The notes under the pieces were generated by a model. The model saw nothing but the letters and a program-made list of their open reading frames with translations. It had not been told where the DNA came from and did no database searches. DNA of 64,000 nt from Stenotrophomonas sp. (GTDB lineage: Bacteria > Pseudomonadota > Gammaproteobacteria > Xanthomonadales > Xanthomonadaceae). Within the stretch, counting starts at the first letter, position 1; the number at the start of each line of letters is the position of its first letter. The translations under genes and the position numbers were made by a program. The stretch is from NCBI GenBank assembly GCA_035539015.1, contig DATLJF010000211.1:3397-67396 (forward strand), in the 5' to 3' direction. Shown one piece after another: positions 44,358 through 54,175 of this stretch.

Positions 44358-45104
44358 TCACCCTCTCGCAAGTTCCCCGACCAGCTCCGGCAGGCCGGCC
44401 GAAGCCGCCTCCACGTTGGCCAGGACCTCGGCCAGGGTGATCTCCTGGGCATCGCCACAACCGGCGGCCCAGTTCGCCACGATCGCCAGGCAGGCATAGT
44501 CCAGCCCCAGCTCGCGCGCCAGGCCCGCCTCCGGCATGCCGGTCATGCCGACCAGGTCGCAGCCGTCGCGGCGCATCCGCGCAATTTCGGCGATGGTTTC
44601 CAGGCGCGGGCCCTGGGTGGCGCCATAGCAGCCGCCGTCGACCAGCTTGACCCCCGTTACCCGCGCCGCTGCCAGCACCTTGCTGCGCAGCATCGGCGTA
44701 TACGGGTGGCCGAAGTCCACGTGCAGCACTTCGCTGCCCGGCTCCTCGGAAAGGGTGGAGACCCGGCCCCAGGTGTAGTCGATCAATTGGTCCGGGCAAG
44801 CCAGCACGCGCGGGCCGAAGGCGTCGGTGATGCCGCCGACGGTATTGAGCGCCAGGACCCGCTGCGCGCCAATTTGCTGCAGCGCGGCAAGGTTGGCGCG
44901 GTAATTGATCTTGTGCGGCGGCAACGAATGGCCCTCGCCATGCCGCGCCAGGAAGGCCACGCGCTGGCCCAGCAGCGTGCCCACCCGGACCGGACCGGAC
45001 GGCGCGCCGAAGCGGGTTTCCACTTCGTGGGTCTGCACATCGTCCAGCTGCGCCAGCTTGTAGACGCCGGTGCCGCCGATGACGGCCAGGGAGATCGGGT
45101 GCAT
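44358..45104 (-). CDS. S-methyl-5'-thioadenosine/thioinosine phosphorylase (PNP family 2)
   Basis: LAVIGGTGVY...FLARHG..H..PPHKINYRANLAAL...TGMPEAGLAREL... Confidence 0.88.
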   Translation of the reverse strand: MHPISLAVIGGTGVYKLAQLDDVQTHEVETRFGAPSGPVRVGTLLGQRVAFLARHGEGHSLPPHKINYRANLAALQQIGAQRVLALNTVGGITDAFGPRVLACPDQLIDYTWGRVSTLSEEPGSEVLHVDFGHPYTPMLRSKVLAAARVTGVKLVDGGCYGATQGPRLETIAEIARMRRDGCDLVGMTGMPEAGLARELGLDYACLAIVANWAAGCGDAQEITLAEVLANVEAASAGLPELVGELARG

Positions 45105-45111
45105 GCGCGGC

Positions 45112-45666
45112 TCAGTCCTTCATCGCGTAGATCGCCGGCGCGCCGCGGAACAGCTCGTTGACGTCCATGCCGAAGCCAAACACGTAGCGGTCCTCGACCT
45201 CGACACCCGCGTAGTCGGCGCGCACGTCGGGCACCGCGCGGTCGTGCTGCTTGATCGCCAGCGCGGCGATCCGCACGTCGGTGGCGCCCTGCTCCAGGCA
45301 CCACTGGCGCACGCCCTGCAGGGTGTAGCCCTCGTCGAGGATGTCGTCGACCAGCAACACGCGGCGTCCGAACAACGCGGTGGCCGGGCGGTGCTTCCAC
45401 ACCAGCTCGCCGCCGACGGTGGCACCGCGGTAGCGGGTGGCATGCAGATAGTCGAACTGCAGGTCCTGGCCACGCGCGCCCAGTTCCAGCGCCAACTGGC
45501 CGGAGAACGGCAGCGCACCGTGCATGATCGTCAGGTACACCGGCACTTCGCCCTGGTAGTCGCGGGCAATGGCATCGGCGATGCGGCCGATGGCGGCATC
45601 GAGCGTGGGGCGGTCGACGAGCAGGTCGGCCTGGGCCACGGCCTGCTGGAGGGTGAGATTGGACAT
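45112..45666 (-). CDS. hpt: Hypoxanthine-guanine phosphoribosyltransferase
   Basis: PRPP-binding motif VLLVDDILDEGYTL. The ATG shares one base with the nagZ stop (TGATG). Confidence 0.88.
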   Translation of the reverse strand: MSNLTLQQAVAQADLLVDRPTLDAAIGRIADAIARDYQGEVPVYLTIMHGALPFSGQLALELGARGQDLQFDYLHATRYRGATVGGELVWKHRPATALFGRRVLLVDDILDEGYTLQGVRQWCLEQGATDVRIAALAIKQHDRAVPDVRADYAGVEVEDRYVFGFGMDVNELFRGAPAIYAMKD

Positions 45667-46673
45667 CAGGCGGTTTTTCCGAGTTGTTGCAGCAAGAGGG
45701 ATTGGCTGTGGGGGTGGCGGGACTCGGCCAGCAGGCCGTCCCAGCCCAGGGCGCCGCGTCCGATCAGTCCGATCAACGCGGCGGTATTCAAACGGCGCCC
45801 GGCCACGGCCTGCAGCGATTCTTCGACCAGCTCCGGATGGCACACCAGGACCACGTCGCAGCCGGCGTCCAGGTGGGCATCGACACGCGCCTTGACCCCG
45901 CCAGCACTGAACGAGGCGGCCATGCCGATATCGTCGGAGAACACCACGCCGCGGAAACCGAGCTCGCTACGCAGGACTTCGCCGATCCAGCGCGGCGAAT
46001 AGCCGGCCGGCTCCGGCGCCACCTGCGGGTAGACCACGTGCGCCATCATCACCGCATCGGCGCCGGCTTCGATGCCGGCGGCAAATGGCACCAGGTCTTC
46101 CTGGCGCAGCACCTGCAGCGGGCGCGGATCGATCGCGGTATCGACATGGGTATCTTCCAGCACCGTACCGTGGCCGGGGAAATGCTTGAGCGTGGCAGCC
46201 ATGCCGGCTTCGTGCATCGCCGCGACATAGGCGCGGGTGAAAGCCGCCACGATCTGCGGATCGTCGCTGAAGGCACGATCGCCAATGGCGCGGTTGCCGC
46301 GGCCGAGATCGACCACCGGGGCGAAACTGAGGTCGACGCCGCTGGCGCGGATTTCGCTGGCCATCAGCCACGCATGTTCGCGCGCCAGCGCCAGCGCCGC
46401 TTCGGGCTCGCGCAAGTACAACGGGCCAAAACCCTGCAGCGGCGGCAGCGCACTGAAGCCTTCGCGGAAGCGCTGCACGCGCCCGCCCTCCTGGTCCACG
46501 CAGATCAACTGCGGGCGCGGGGCAGCGGCGCGGATGGCCGCCGACAACTCGGCGATCTGCGCGCGCGAGGCGAAGTTTCGCTTGAACAGGACCACGCCAG
46601 CGACCGCGTCGTGCTGCAGCCACTCGCATTCGCGGGGGCTCAGTTCGGTGCCGGCAACGCCGATCAGGAGCAT
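45666..46673 (-). CDS. nagZ: Beta-N-acetylhexosaminidase NagZ
   Basis: VDQEGGRVQRF, KHFPGHG, VVFSDDIGM. ATG 46673 (MLLIGVAGTEL). Confidence 0.9.
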   Translation of the reverse strand: MLLIGVAGTELSPRECEWLQHDAVAGVVLFKRNFASRAQIAELSAAIRAAAPRPQLICVDQEGGRVQRFREGFSALPPLQGFGPLYLREPEAALALAREHAWLMASEIRASGVDLSFAPVVDLGRGNRAIGDRAFSDDPQIVAAFTRAYVAAMHEAGMAATLKHFPGHGTVLEDTHVDTAIDPRPLQVLRQEDLVPFAAGIEAGADAVMMAHVVYPQVAPEPAGYSPRWIGEVLRSELGFRGVVFSDDIGMAASFSAGGVKARVDAHLDAGCDVVLVCHPELVEESLQAVAGRRLNTAALIGLIGRGALGWDGLLAESRHPHSQSLLLQQLGKTA

Positions 46674-46776
46674 GCGGGGTGGATCTCCAACGGTTCGGGG
46701 AATCGCGCAGCGCCGGGGCGCCGCCACGGCGCCTGGATGGCGCACTGCCGCATTGTCGCAGAAGCGCGCCCCGGCA

Positions 46777-47436
46777 TCAGGTCGGGTCGCTTTGCGCGGC
46801 CCCAGCCTCGGCAGCGATTTGCGCCAGGGTGCGGGCGAAGGTTTCCGGCGGCTGCGCACCCTGGACCAGGTAGCGACCGTCGATGACGAAGCTGGGTACG
46901 GCGGTAATCCCCAGGGCCTGCGCTTGCGCCAGCTGTGCCTGCACCTCGGCCAGGCCCTCGTCCGATTGCAGCAGCGCGTTGACCCGCGCGGCCGCCAACC
47001 CGCCAGCGGCGCCAGCCTCTACCAGCGTCTGCGCGTCAGCGAGGTTGCGGCCCTCGGCGAAATGGGCGCGGAACAGCGCCTCGGCCACCGCGGCGGCATC
47101 GCCCTCGCGGCCGGCCAGCCACAGCAGGCGATGCGCGCGCAGCGTGTTCACCCGCACCTGGCCGCGTTCGAAATCGAACGGCAGGCCCTCGGCACGGCCC
47201 GTCTGCTGGGTCTGCGCCAGGATCTGTTCGGTGCGCTCGGCGCTGCCAAACTTGGCGCGATAGGCCTCGCGCAGTGGCACTGGATCGGGACCGGCGTCCG
47301 GGTCGAGCTGGAAGGCGTGATAGTGGATTTCCACCGGCGGTGCCTGCTCGCCCAGCTGGGCCAGGCCACGTTCCAGGCGATGCTTGCCGATCCAGCACCA
47401 GGGACAGACGATGTCCGACCAGATGTCGATGCGCAT
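46777..47436 (-). CDS. DsbA-family (FrnE-like) thiol oxidoreductase
   Basis: MRIDIWSDIVCPWCWIGK with a CPWC active site, ...ITAVPSFVIDG... Confidence 0.88.
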   Translation of the reverse strand: MRIDIWSDIVCPWCWIGKHRLERGLAQLGEQAPPVEIHYHAFQLDPDAGPDPVPLREAYRAKFGSAERTEQILAQTQQTGRAEGLPFDFERGQVRVNTLRAHRLLWLAGREGDAAAVAEALFRAHFAEGRNLADAQTLVEAGAAGGLAAARVNALLQSDEGLAEVQAQLAQAQALGITAVPSFVIDGRYLVQGAQPPETFARTLAQIAAEAGAAQSDPT

Positions 47437-47528
47437 GGGGGGGCTCCGCGCGATAGGGGCCTGCCACTATGCCGGCAAGGGCGTGGACGGGCCATTAGCC
47501 GCGATCACCGGTGGAGGCGGCACAGGTA

Positions 47529-47576
47529 CGGACTTCCTACGGTCAGGGCTCATGGCCCTCCTACAGGGAGATCGCA
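47529..47576. repeat. REP family B copy (internally deleted)
   Basis: CGGACTTCCTACGGTCAGGGCTCATGGCC--CTCCTACAGGGAGATCGCA. Same as 47650-47715 except for a missing internal segment of about 17 nt. Confidence 0.8.
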
Positions 47577-47601
47577 AGCTGTCGGGGGGTTTGCAACTGC
47601 A

Positions 47602-47625
47602 CTGTAGGAGCGGCTTCAGCCGCGA
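47602..47625. repeat. REP family A copy
   Basis: CTGTAGGAGCGGCTTCAGCCGCGAT, with internal palindrome GCGGCTTCAGCCGC. The same core occurs at 50441-50467 and as the pair at 62803-62862. Confidence 0.85.
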
Positions 47626-47649
47626 TGGCTTGGCGGAGTAGCAATGGTG

Positions 47650-47715
47650 CGGACTTCCTACGGTCGGGGCTCATGGCCCGGGGCCACCCAGAGCCCCTCC
47701 TACAGGGAGATCGCA
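47650..47715. repeat. REP family B copy (full length)
   Basis: CGGACTTCCTACGGTCGGGGCTCATGGCCCGGGGCCACCCAGAGCCCCTCCTACAGGGAGATCGCA. Its 41-nt core matches the reverse complement of 50477-50531 with 3 mismatches. Confidence 0.85.
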
Positions 47716-47720
47716 GGCAA

Positions 47721-48212
47721 TTAGCGCGGCCAGCGGCTGTAGGGGTGCGCGGCCAGGGCCAGGTTGTAGTAGCGCACGTCATCGGTGACTTCTTCACCCA
47801 GCCAGCCCGGCCGCTCGAAGGCTTCGTCGGCCTGTTGCAGCTCGATCTCCGCCACCACCAGCCCGGCGTTGTCGCCGAGGAATTCGTCCACTTCCCAAAG
47901 ATGGCCAGCGTGCCGCACCAGGTGGCGGCGCTTGTCGACCAGCCCGCCGACGCACAACGCCAACAATGCGCGTGCGTCGTCGAGCGGTATCGGGTAGTCG
48001 AACTCCTGGCGGGTGTGGCCCAGCTCGCGCGACTTCAGGTTGAGGAACGCTTCCTGGCCCTGGATGCGCACGCGCACCGACGCGCGCTGGGCTCCGCTCT
48101 GCATCGCTGCCTGGTCGTTGATGTAGCCCTGTGCCATCGCGATGACCTGGTGCGCGTCCGCGCGCCAGCCGTCGCCGCTAACCAGGAACTTGCGCTCGAT
48201 CTCGATGCCCAT
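47721..48212 (-). CDS. CYTH-domain protein (triphosphatase / CyaB-like)
   Basis: N-terminal EIERKFLV (ExExK) motif and WEVDEF...VVAEIEL. Confidence 0.85.
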   Translation of the reverse strand: MGIEIERKFLVSGDGWRADAHQVIAMAQGYINDQAAMQSGAQRASVRVRIQGQEAFLNLKSRELGHTRQEFDYPIPLDDARALLALCVGGLVDKRRHLVRHAGHLWEVDEFLGDNAGLVVAEIELQQADEAFERPGWLGEEVTDDVRYYNLALAAHPYSRWPR

Positions 48213-48221
48213 CGTGCTTCC

Positions 48222-49553
48222 TCAGCGCTCGAACAGCGCGATGCTTTCCACGTGCGCGGTGTGCGGGAACATGTCCATGGCGCCGGCCGCCTTCAGGCTG
48301 AAACCCTGCTCGTTGACCAGGTAGCCGGCATCGCGCGCGAGCGAACCGGGATGGCAGCTGACATAGACGATGCGCTCGAACTTCTTCAACGGCAGCTGGC
48401 GCAGCACGTCGATGGCGCCGGAACGCGGCGGGTCGAGCAGCAGCTTGTCGAAGCCCTGGCGCATCCATGGCGCGTTGCGCTGGTCCTGGGTCAGGTCGGC
48501 GGCGAAGAACTGCGCGTTGCCCAGGCCGTTGCGCTCGGCATTTTCGCGTGCGCGCGCGACCAGCCCGGCATCGCCTTCCACGCCCACCACCTCGCGCACC
48601 CCGCGCGCCAGCGGCAAGGTGAAATTGCCCAGGCCGCAGAACAGGTCGAGCACCCGGTCCTCGGGTCGGGGATCGAGCAGGCGCAACGCGTGATCGATCA
48701 TCTTCTGGTTGAGCGAGGCGTTGACCTGGATGAAATCCAGAGGCCGGAACGCCAGTTCCACGTTCCACTGCGGTAGACGGAAGGACAGCGGCACTTCCTG
48801 CGGCCACAGCGCGTGCACGCTCTCCAGGCCGCCGGGTTGCAGGAAGATGGCGAAGCCGTGGGCCTGGCCAAATTCGGCCAGTGCCTGGCGATCATGTTCG
48901 CTCAAGGGCTGCAGGTGGCGCACGGTCAGTACGATGGCGTCGTCGCCGGCAATGAACTCAATCTGCGGGATATCGCGCTTGCCATCCAGCGATTCGACCA
49001 GGGCCGCCAACGCGGTGACCTTCTCGCCGATCTGCGGGATCACCGTGTAGCAGACCGAAAGATCGGCGACGAAACGCGGGTCCAGTTCGCGGAAACCGAC
49101 CAGGGTCTTGTCCTTCTTCTCGACCCGGCGCACCGAGAAACGGCCCTTGCGGCGGTAGCCCCAGTTCTGCCCGACCAGCGCCGGCAGGACTGTTTCGGGG
49201 GTGACATGGCCGATGCGCCGCAGGTTGTCCATCAGCACGTGCTGCTTGGCCACGATCTGCTCGTGCTCGTCCAGGTGCTGCAGCACGCAGCCGGCGCAGA
49301 CGCCGAAGTGCGGGCAACGCGGCTGCACCCGCTTGGGCGAGGCTTGCAGCACTTCCAGGGTGCGCGCCTCGTCGAAATGGCGGCTGCGGGCGGTGGGCTC
49401 GGCCACCACCACTTCGCCCGGCAGGGCGCCGCTGATGAAGGTGACCTTGCCACCCTCGCCCTCGCGGCGGGCGACGCCGCGGCCATCATGGCTGAGGTCG
49501 AGGATCTCGGTCTGGAAGGGGGTACGGTCTAGGCGTCTGCCGGATCTGGCCAC
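48222..49553 (-). CDS. rlmD: 23S rRNA (uracil1939-C5)-methyltransferase RlmD
   Basis: GTG 49553 (VARSGRRLDRTPFQTEILDLSHDGRGVAR, TRAM domain). Fe-S Cys cluster CPHFGVCAGCVLQH. SAM motif DLFCGLGNFTLPLA. Catalytic VSCHP. Confidence 0.9.
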   Translation of the reverse strand: MARSGRRLDRTPFQTEILDLSHDGRGVARREGEGGKVTFISGALPGEVVVAEPTARSRHFDEARTLEVLQASPKRVQPRCPHFGVCAGCVLQHLDEHEQIVAKQHVLMDNLRRIGHVTPETVLPALVGQNWGYRRKGRFSVRRVEKKDKTLVGFRELDPRFVADLSVCYTVIPQIGEKVTALAALVESLDGKRDIPQIEFIAGDDAIVLTVRHLQPLSEHDRQALAEFGQAHGFAIFLQPGGLESVHALWPQEVPLSFRLPQWNVELAFRPLDFIQVNASLNQKMIDHALRLLDPRPEDRVLDLFCGLGNFTLPLARGVREVVGVEGDAGLVARARENAERNGLGNAQFFAADLTQDQRNAPWMRQGFDKLLLDPPRSGAIDVLRQLPLKKFERIVYVSCHPGSLARDAGYLVNEQGFSLKAAGAMDMFPHTAHVESIALFER

Positions 49554-49706
49554 GTGGCGACAAGCTGCGGGCAAAAAGGGCGCGTATTGTCGCAGAAGCG
49601 CCGGCCGATGGCCGGTGCAGACCATTTATTGTCGTTTGCCTGGAGAGCAGGCAAACTCACCCGGCCGCAGGCAGTCGCTGCGGCGTGCTGACATGGAGGC
49701 AGCAAG

Positions 49707-50414
49707 ATGATGGCGTCGCGAGAGCCCCTTCGTCCCCGCGTACTACTGGTCGAAGACGACCCGATCAGCCTGGGCTTCTTCCAGGCCGCACTGGAGCCGC
49801 TGGCCCTGCGGCTGGATTGCGCCGACAGCCTGGCCACGGCCCTGGCTTGTGCCGGCCAGGCCCGCCACGACCTGTGGCTGATCGACGCCCACCTGCCCGA
49901 TGGCAGCGGCAGCGCCTTGCTGGCCCAACTGCGCCGGCTGCATCCGGACACCCCTGCCCTGGCCCACACCGCCGATGCCGGGGCCGAAGCGCGCCTGCTC
50001 GCCGACGGCTTCCTCAAGGTACTGATCAAGCCGCTACCCGCGACCGAATTGCAGCAGCAGGTGCGTGGCGCCCTGCCGATCCGGGCCGAGGCGGCGATGG
50101 CTGCCACCGCGGCGATGGCCGGTGACTGGGACGAGGCCGCCGCGCTGGCCGCGCTGAATGGCCAGCAGCACCATCTCAATGCGCTGCGCGAGCTGTTCCT
50201 GTCCGAATTGCCGGGCACCCGCGACGCGGTCGATTCGGCCCTGCGCCAGGACGATGAAACCACCCTGCGCAACCACCTGCACCGGCTCCAGGCCAGTTGT
50301 GGCTTCGTCGGTGCTGCGCGACTGGCGCGGGCGGTGCGTGAATTGAAGGGCGATCCGGGTTCGACGGTGGCCAGGCATCAATTCCATGACGCCGTGGCTG
50401 CGTTGCTGCATTGA
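49707..50414 (+). CDS. Receiver (REC) - histidine phosphotransfer (HPt) fusion protein
   Basis: RVLLVEDDPISL...DLWLIDAHLPDGSG...KPL receiver, followed by an HPt motif NHLHRLQASCGFVGAARL. Confidence 0.8.
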   Translation: MMASREPLRPRVLLVEDDPISLGFFQAALEPLALRLDCADSLATALACAGQARHDLWLIDAHLPDGSGSALLAQLRRLHPDTPALAHTADAGAEARLLADGFLKVLIKPLPATELQQQVRGALPIRAEAAMAATAAMAGDWDEAAALAALNGQQHHLNALRELFLSELPGTRDAVDSALRQDDETTLRNHLHRLQASCGFVGAARLARAVRELKGDPGSTVARHQFHDAVAALLH

Positions 50415-50440
50415 GGTGTGTCGCGGGCTGTCGGTTTGCG

Positions 50441-50467
50441 GTCGCGGCTGAAGCCGCTCCTACAGTG
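50441..50467. repeat. REP family A copy (reverse orientation)
   Basis: GTCGCGGCTGAAGCCGCTCCTACAGTG. Confidence 0.85.
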
Positions 50468-50476
50468 AACCCCAGC

Positions 50477-50531
50477 TTTTGTAGGAGGAGCTCTGGGTGG
50501 CCTCGGGCCATCAGCCCCGAGGAGCCCTACC
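50477..50531. repeat. REP family B copy (reverse orientation), overlapping the recO stop codon
   Basis: The reverse complement ..TCGGGGCTGATGGCCCGAGGCCACCCAGAGCTCCTCCTACA matches 47650-47715 with 3 mismatches over 41 nt. Confidence 0.8.
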
Positions 50532-51246
50532 GCGGCGACAAATCGCGCAACATGTCCCAGGCCTTGAGCCCACGGCCACCGAGGTGGTGCATCAACACCT
50601 CGCGCAAACTCAGCCGCAGTCCTGGCAGATCCACCGCCTCTGGCGGCTGGTCGCGCGCCAACGCCAACAACACGCGACCGGTGGCAGCGGCATTGCGTTC
50701 GCCGGCGCCACGGTCGCTCAACAGACGACGCGCGCCCTGCTGCGGGTCGAGCCGATAGCGCGCGGCCGGGTCGATCGGCTCGCCCTCGGCGTCAAGCTCC
50801 AGGTCGAAGCCGACGCCGAGCGCGTCAAGCAGGTCGCGCTCGAAGCGACGCAAGCTCCAGGCGAGCGATTCGCCCGCACGCAGGCGCTCGCGGACGGTCG
50901 CGTAGGCGGCGTGCATTTCCGGCACCGGGTCATGCCGCGGCGCCAGTCGCAATACCAGTTCGTTGAGATAGAACGCAGCCAGCATCGCCTCGCCCTGCAG
51001 GCGCGGCGCGGCATCTTCGGCTTCGGCGTTGCGCAGTTGCGCCAGTTCGCCGCGCTGCACCGCGCTGAAGCGGATCGCCTGCAGCGGCTGCAAGGCCGCG
51101 CGCAGCAGCTGCTTGCGCTCGCCCTGCACGCCACGGGCGAGCAAGCCGATCCGTCCGTGGTTGAGGCTCAGCACTTCGACCAGCAGGCTGGTCTCGCGCC
51201 AGTGCCGGGCGTGCAGGACGAAGCCGGGCTCATCCTCGATGCGCAT
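50527..51246 (-). CDS. recO: DNA repair protein RecO
   Basis: [27 protein letters not shown]...GRIGLLARG.... Position downstream of era. Confidence 0.9.
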   Translation of the reverse strand: MRIEDEPGFVLHARHWRETSLLVEVLSLNHGRIGLLARGVQGERKQLLRAALQPLQAIRFSAVQRGELAQLRNAEAEDAAPRLQGEAMLAAFYLNELVLRLAPRHDPVPEMHAAYATVRERLRAGESLAWSLRRFERDLLDALGVGFDLELDAEGEPIDPAARYRLDPQQGARRLLSDRGAGERNAAATGRVLLALARDQPPEAVDLPGLRLSLREVLMHHLGGRGLKAWDMLRDLSPR

Positions 51247-51287
51247 GCGCCTGCCTCAGCCGGCGCGGCCAGCGCGCCGCTGGCCGC

Positions 51288-52196
51288 TCATTCGTAGCCG
51301 AACGCCTTCAGCGCGGCTTCGTCATCCGACCAGCCCTCGCGGACGCGCACCCAGGTTTCCAGGAAGACCTTGGAGCCGAACAAGCGCTCCATCTGCTGAC
51401 GCGCCTTGGCACCGATCTCCTTCAGGCGGGTACCGCCCTTGCCAATCACGATCGCCTTCTGGCCTTCGCGCTCGACCCAGATCACCGCGCCGATGCGCAA
51501 CAGCGCGCCGTCTTCGGTGAACCGCTCGATCTCGACCGTGGTGGCATACGGCAACTCTTCGCCGAGCTGGCGCATCAACTGTTCGCGCACCAGTTCGCCG
51601 GCCAGGAAGCGCTGGCTGCGGTCGGTGATTTCGTCTTCGCCAAACATCGGCGGCTGCTCGGGCAGCAGGCCCAGGAGATCCTTGGTCAGCGCTTCCAGGC
51701 CCTTGCGCTTGAGCGCGGACACCGGGTGCACCGCGGCGAAAGTGCGGCCTTCGCTGACCTGGGCCAGGAACGGCAGCAGCCCGGACTTGTCCTTCATCCG
51801 GTCGACCTTGTTGACGATCAACACCACCGGCACGCCGGCGTCGCTGAGGACGTTGTAGGCCAGGGTGTCTTCTTCGTCCCAACGCCCGGCCTCGATCACC
51901 AGCATGGCCGCGTCCACGCCCTCCAGCGAACCGCGCGCGGCGCGGTTCATCACCCGGCTCATCGCCGAGGCCTTGAACTTGCCTTGTTCGCGGTGCAACC
52001 CGGGGGTATCGACCAGCACGATCTGGCCCTGCGGGTAGCTGGCGATGCCCAGCAACCGGTGGCGCGTGGTTTGCGGCCGGTTGGAGACAATACTGATCTT
52101 GGCCCCGACCAAGGCGTTGGTCAGGGTCGACTTGCCGACATTCGGACGGCCGATGACGGCGACGCTGCCGCTGCGGTAAGGAGGCGTTTGGTTCAC
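51288..52196 (-). CDS. era: GTPase Era
   Basis: G1 [11 protein letters not shown]3 DTPG, G4 NKVD, C-terminal KH domain. The GTG start overlaps the rnc stop (GTGA). Confidence 0.95.
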   Translation of the reverse strand: MNQTPPYRSGSVAVIGRPNVGKSTLTNALVGAKISIVSNRPQTTRHRLLGIASYPQGQIVLVDTPGLHREQGKFKASAMSRVMNRAARGSLEGVDAAMLVIEAGRWDEEDTLAYNVLSDAGVPVVLIVNKVDRMKDKSGLLPFLAQVSEGRTFAAVHPVSALKRKGLEALTKDLLGLLPEQPPMFGEDEITDRSQRFLAGELVREQLMRQLGEELPYATTVEIERFTEDGALLRIGAVIWVEREGQKAIVIGKGGTRLKEIGAKARQQMERLFGSKVFLETWVRVREGWSDDEAALKAFGYE

Positions 52197-52879
52197 TTGC
52201 TGGAATCCAGTTGGCGCAGTACCGCGGCGGCGGCCTGCTGTTCGGCCAGGCGCCGCGACCCGCCCTCGCCTTCGGCGCTCAGCGCCGGCTCGGACAGGGT
52301 GCAGCGTACCTGGAAAATCTTGGCGTGGTCGTCGCCACTTTCTGAAACGAGTTCATACGCCGGCAGCGGCCGCTGCCGGGCCTGCAGCCATTCCTGCAGG
52401 CGGGTCTTGGGGTCTTTTTCGGGCTTGCCGACCGGCAGCGCGGCCAGCGCGCTCTCGAACCACGGCAGGATCGCCGCACGGCAGGCTTCGAAGCCCGCGT
52501 CCAGGTAAATGGCCGCCACGACGGCCTCCACGGCATCGGCCAGGATCGAATCGCGGCGATGGCCGCCCGATTTCATCTCGCCCGGCCCCAGGGTGAGGCG
52601 TTCGCCCAGCTCCAGCGCCCGGCCGATGGTGGCCAGCGCGGCCTCGCGTACCAGTTCGGCGCGGGCCCGGGTCAACGCACCTTCGTCGGCACGTGGCCAG
52701 CGCAGGTAAAGCGCCTCGGCGATCAGCAGGTTGACCACGCCGTCGCCGAGGAATTCCAGCCGCTCGTTATGCGGCGCGCCGGCGCTGCGGTGGGTCAGCG
52801 CCTGCGCCAGCAGCGACGGATCGGCGAAGTCATGGCCGATCCGGTCGCCGCGCTGCGGGTTTTTACTCGGTGATACCAC
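52193..52879 (-). CDS. rnc: Ribonuclease III
   Basis: ALTHRS...[12 protein letters not shown] signature and a C-terminal dsRBD. GTG start. Confidence 0.95.
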   Translation of the reverse strand: MVSPSKNPQRGDRIGHDFADPSLLAQALTHRSAGAPHNERLEFLGDGVVNLLIAEALYLRWPRADEGALTRARAELVREAALATIGRALELGERLTLGPGEMKSGGHRRDSILADAVEAVVAAIYLDAGFEACRAAILPWFESALAALPVGKPEKDPKTRLQEWLQARQRPLPAYELVSESGDDHAKIFQVRCTLSEPALSAEGEGGSRRLAEQQAAAAVLRQLDSSK

Positions 52880-53243
52880 TGCGGGTCAGGTCCTGGCTGG
52901 CGTTGAAGTTGCCGACCACGTCGAGGTTGCCCACCAGCGGCCTGCGCACTTCGTAGCTCACATTCATGCGCCAGCCGTTGCCGACGCGTTCGAAGGTGAC
53001 ATCGTCCTTCTGTACGTTTTCCGAGTAATTGATGTACAGCCGGCGGAAGAACAGATCCTTCGCCCGGCCCGGGTCCATGTCGCCGCTGCCCGGTTCGTTG
53101 GCCACGCCCTTCATGGCCTCGCGCACCGAGTAGTACTCCTGGTACATCGGGAACAGCTTCATGCCGATGTACAGGAAGAAGCCCACTACCGCCAACACCA
53201 CCACGAATGACAGCAACGTCATTCCGCTTTGATTGCGCTTCAT
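52863..53243 (-). CDS. DUF4845 domain protein (small membrane-anchored protein between lepB and rnc)
   Basis: [38 protein letters not shown].... Same position as the hypothetical gene between lepB and rnc in Pseudomonas. Confidence 0.75.
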   Translation of the reverse strand: MKRNQSGMTLLSFVVVLAVVGFFLYIGMKLFPMYQEYYSVREAMKGVANEPGSGDMDPGRAKDLFFRRLYINYSENVQKDDVTFERVGNGWRMNVSYEVRRPLVGNLDVVGNFNASQDLTRSGITE

Positions 53244-53275
53244 CGCTACTCCCCTAGCCACGCCACGCGTGTCGA

Positions 53276-54076
53276 TTACTGGATACCTGTCCCGATCCGC
53301 GACGGATCGAAACTCCCCTTGCAGAACCACCCCTCGCAATTGAGCCAGATCAGGAACGCCTTGCCCCGCAGGTTGGCCTCGGGCAGGAAATGGGTCTGCG
53401 TCCAGAAACGGCTGTCCTCGCTATTATCGCGATTGTCGCCCATCACGAAATACTGCCCCTGCGGCACCACCCAGTCGCCCTGGCCGGCCGGATTGGCGCG
53501 GCCGATCAGCTCCAGCACGGTGTGCTGGCGCCCGGGCAGGTTCTCGCTCAGCAGGGTGGCGCCGGTCATTTCCGCGCCGCGGCCCTTGCCGATGTACTCG
53601 CCCTTGACCTCGTACTGCATGGCCTCGCCATTGATGTACAGGGTGTCGCCATGGAAGCCGATGCGGTCGCCCGGCAGGCCGATGATGCGCTTGATCCAGT
53701 TCTCGTCGGGCGCGTGCGGCGGCTTGAACACCACCACGTCGCCCCGCTTGGGCTCGCCCACCGGCACGAACTTGGTGTTGGTGATCGGCAGGCGCAGGCC
53801 GTAGGCGAACTTGTTGACCAGGATGAAATCGCCGATCAGCAGGTTCGGCATCATCGAGCTGGAGGGGATCTTGTACGGTTCGGCGATGAAGCTGCGCAGG
53901 ATCAGCACCACCGCCAGCACCGGGAAGAAGGCGCGCGAGTATTCGATCAGGGCCGGTTCGCTGTCGAGCAGGCCAGCGCGCGCGGCGCGGCGCCGGGCCA
54001 GGAAGAGCTTGTCGAGCAGCCACACCAGGCCCGAGCCCAGGGTCAGCACGACCAGCGCGATCTCAAACCATTTCAT
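53276..54076 (-). CDS. lepB: Signal peptidase I
   Basis: Catalytic Ser box IPSSSMMPNL, Lys box KRIIGLPGD, GDNRDNSEDSR. Confidence 0.95.
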   Translation of the reverse strand: MKWFEIALVVLTLGSGLVWLLDKLFLARRRAARAGLLDSEPALIEYSRAFFPVLAVVLILRSFIAEPYKIPSSSMMPNLLIGDFILVNKFAYGLRLPITNTKFVPVGEPKRGDVVVFKPPHAPDENWIKRIIGLPGDRIGFHGDTLYINGEAMQYEVKGEYIGKGRGAEMTGATLLSENLPGRQHTVLELIGRANPAGQGDWVVPQGQYFVMGDNRDNSEDSRFWTQTHFLPEANLRGKAFLIWLNCEGWFCKGSFDPSRIGTGIQ

Positions 54077-54175
54077 GCGTTTTCCTTATACGGGGAGAAT
54101 CAGGAAACAGGGGCCGACACCAGGAAGACGCACGCGCGCGGCGTTTGTGACTCCCCGGCCCGGCCCCCGCCCTCC

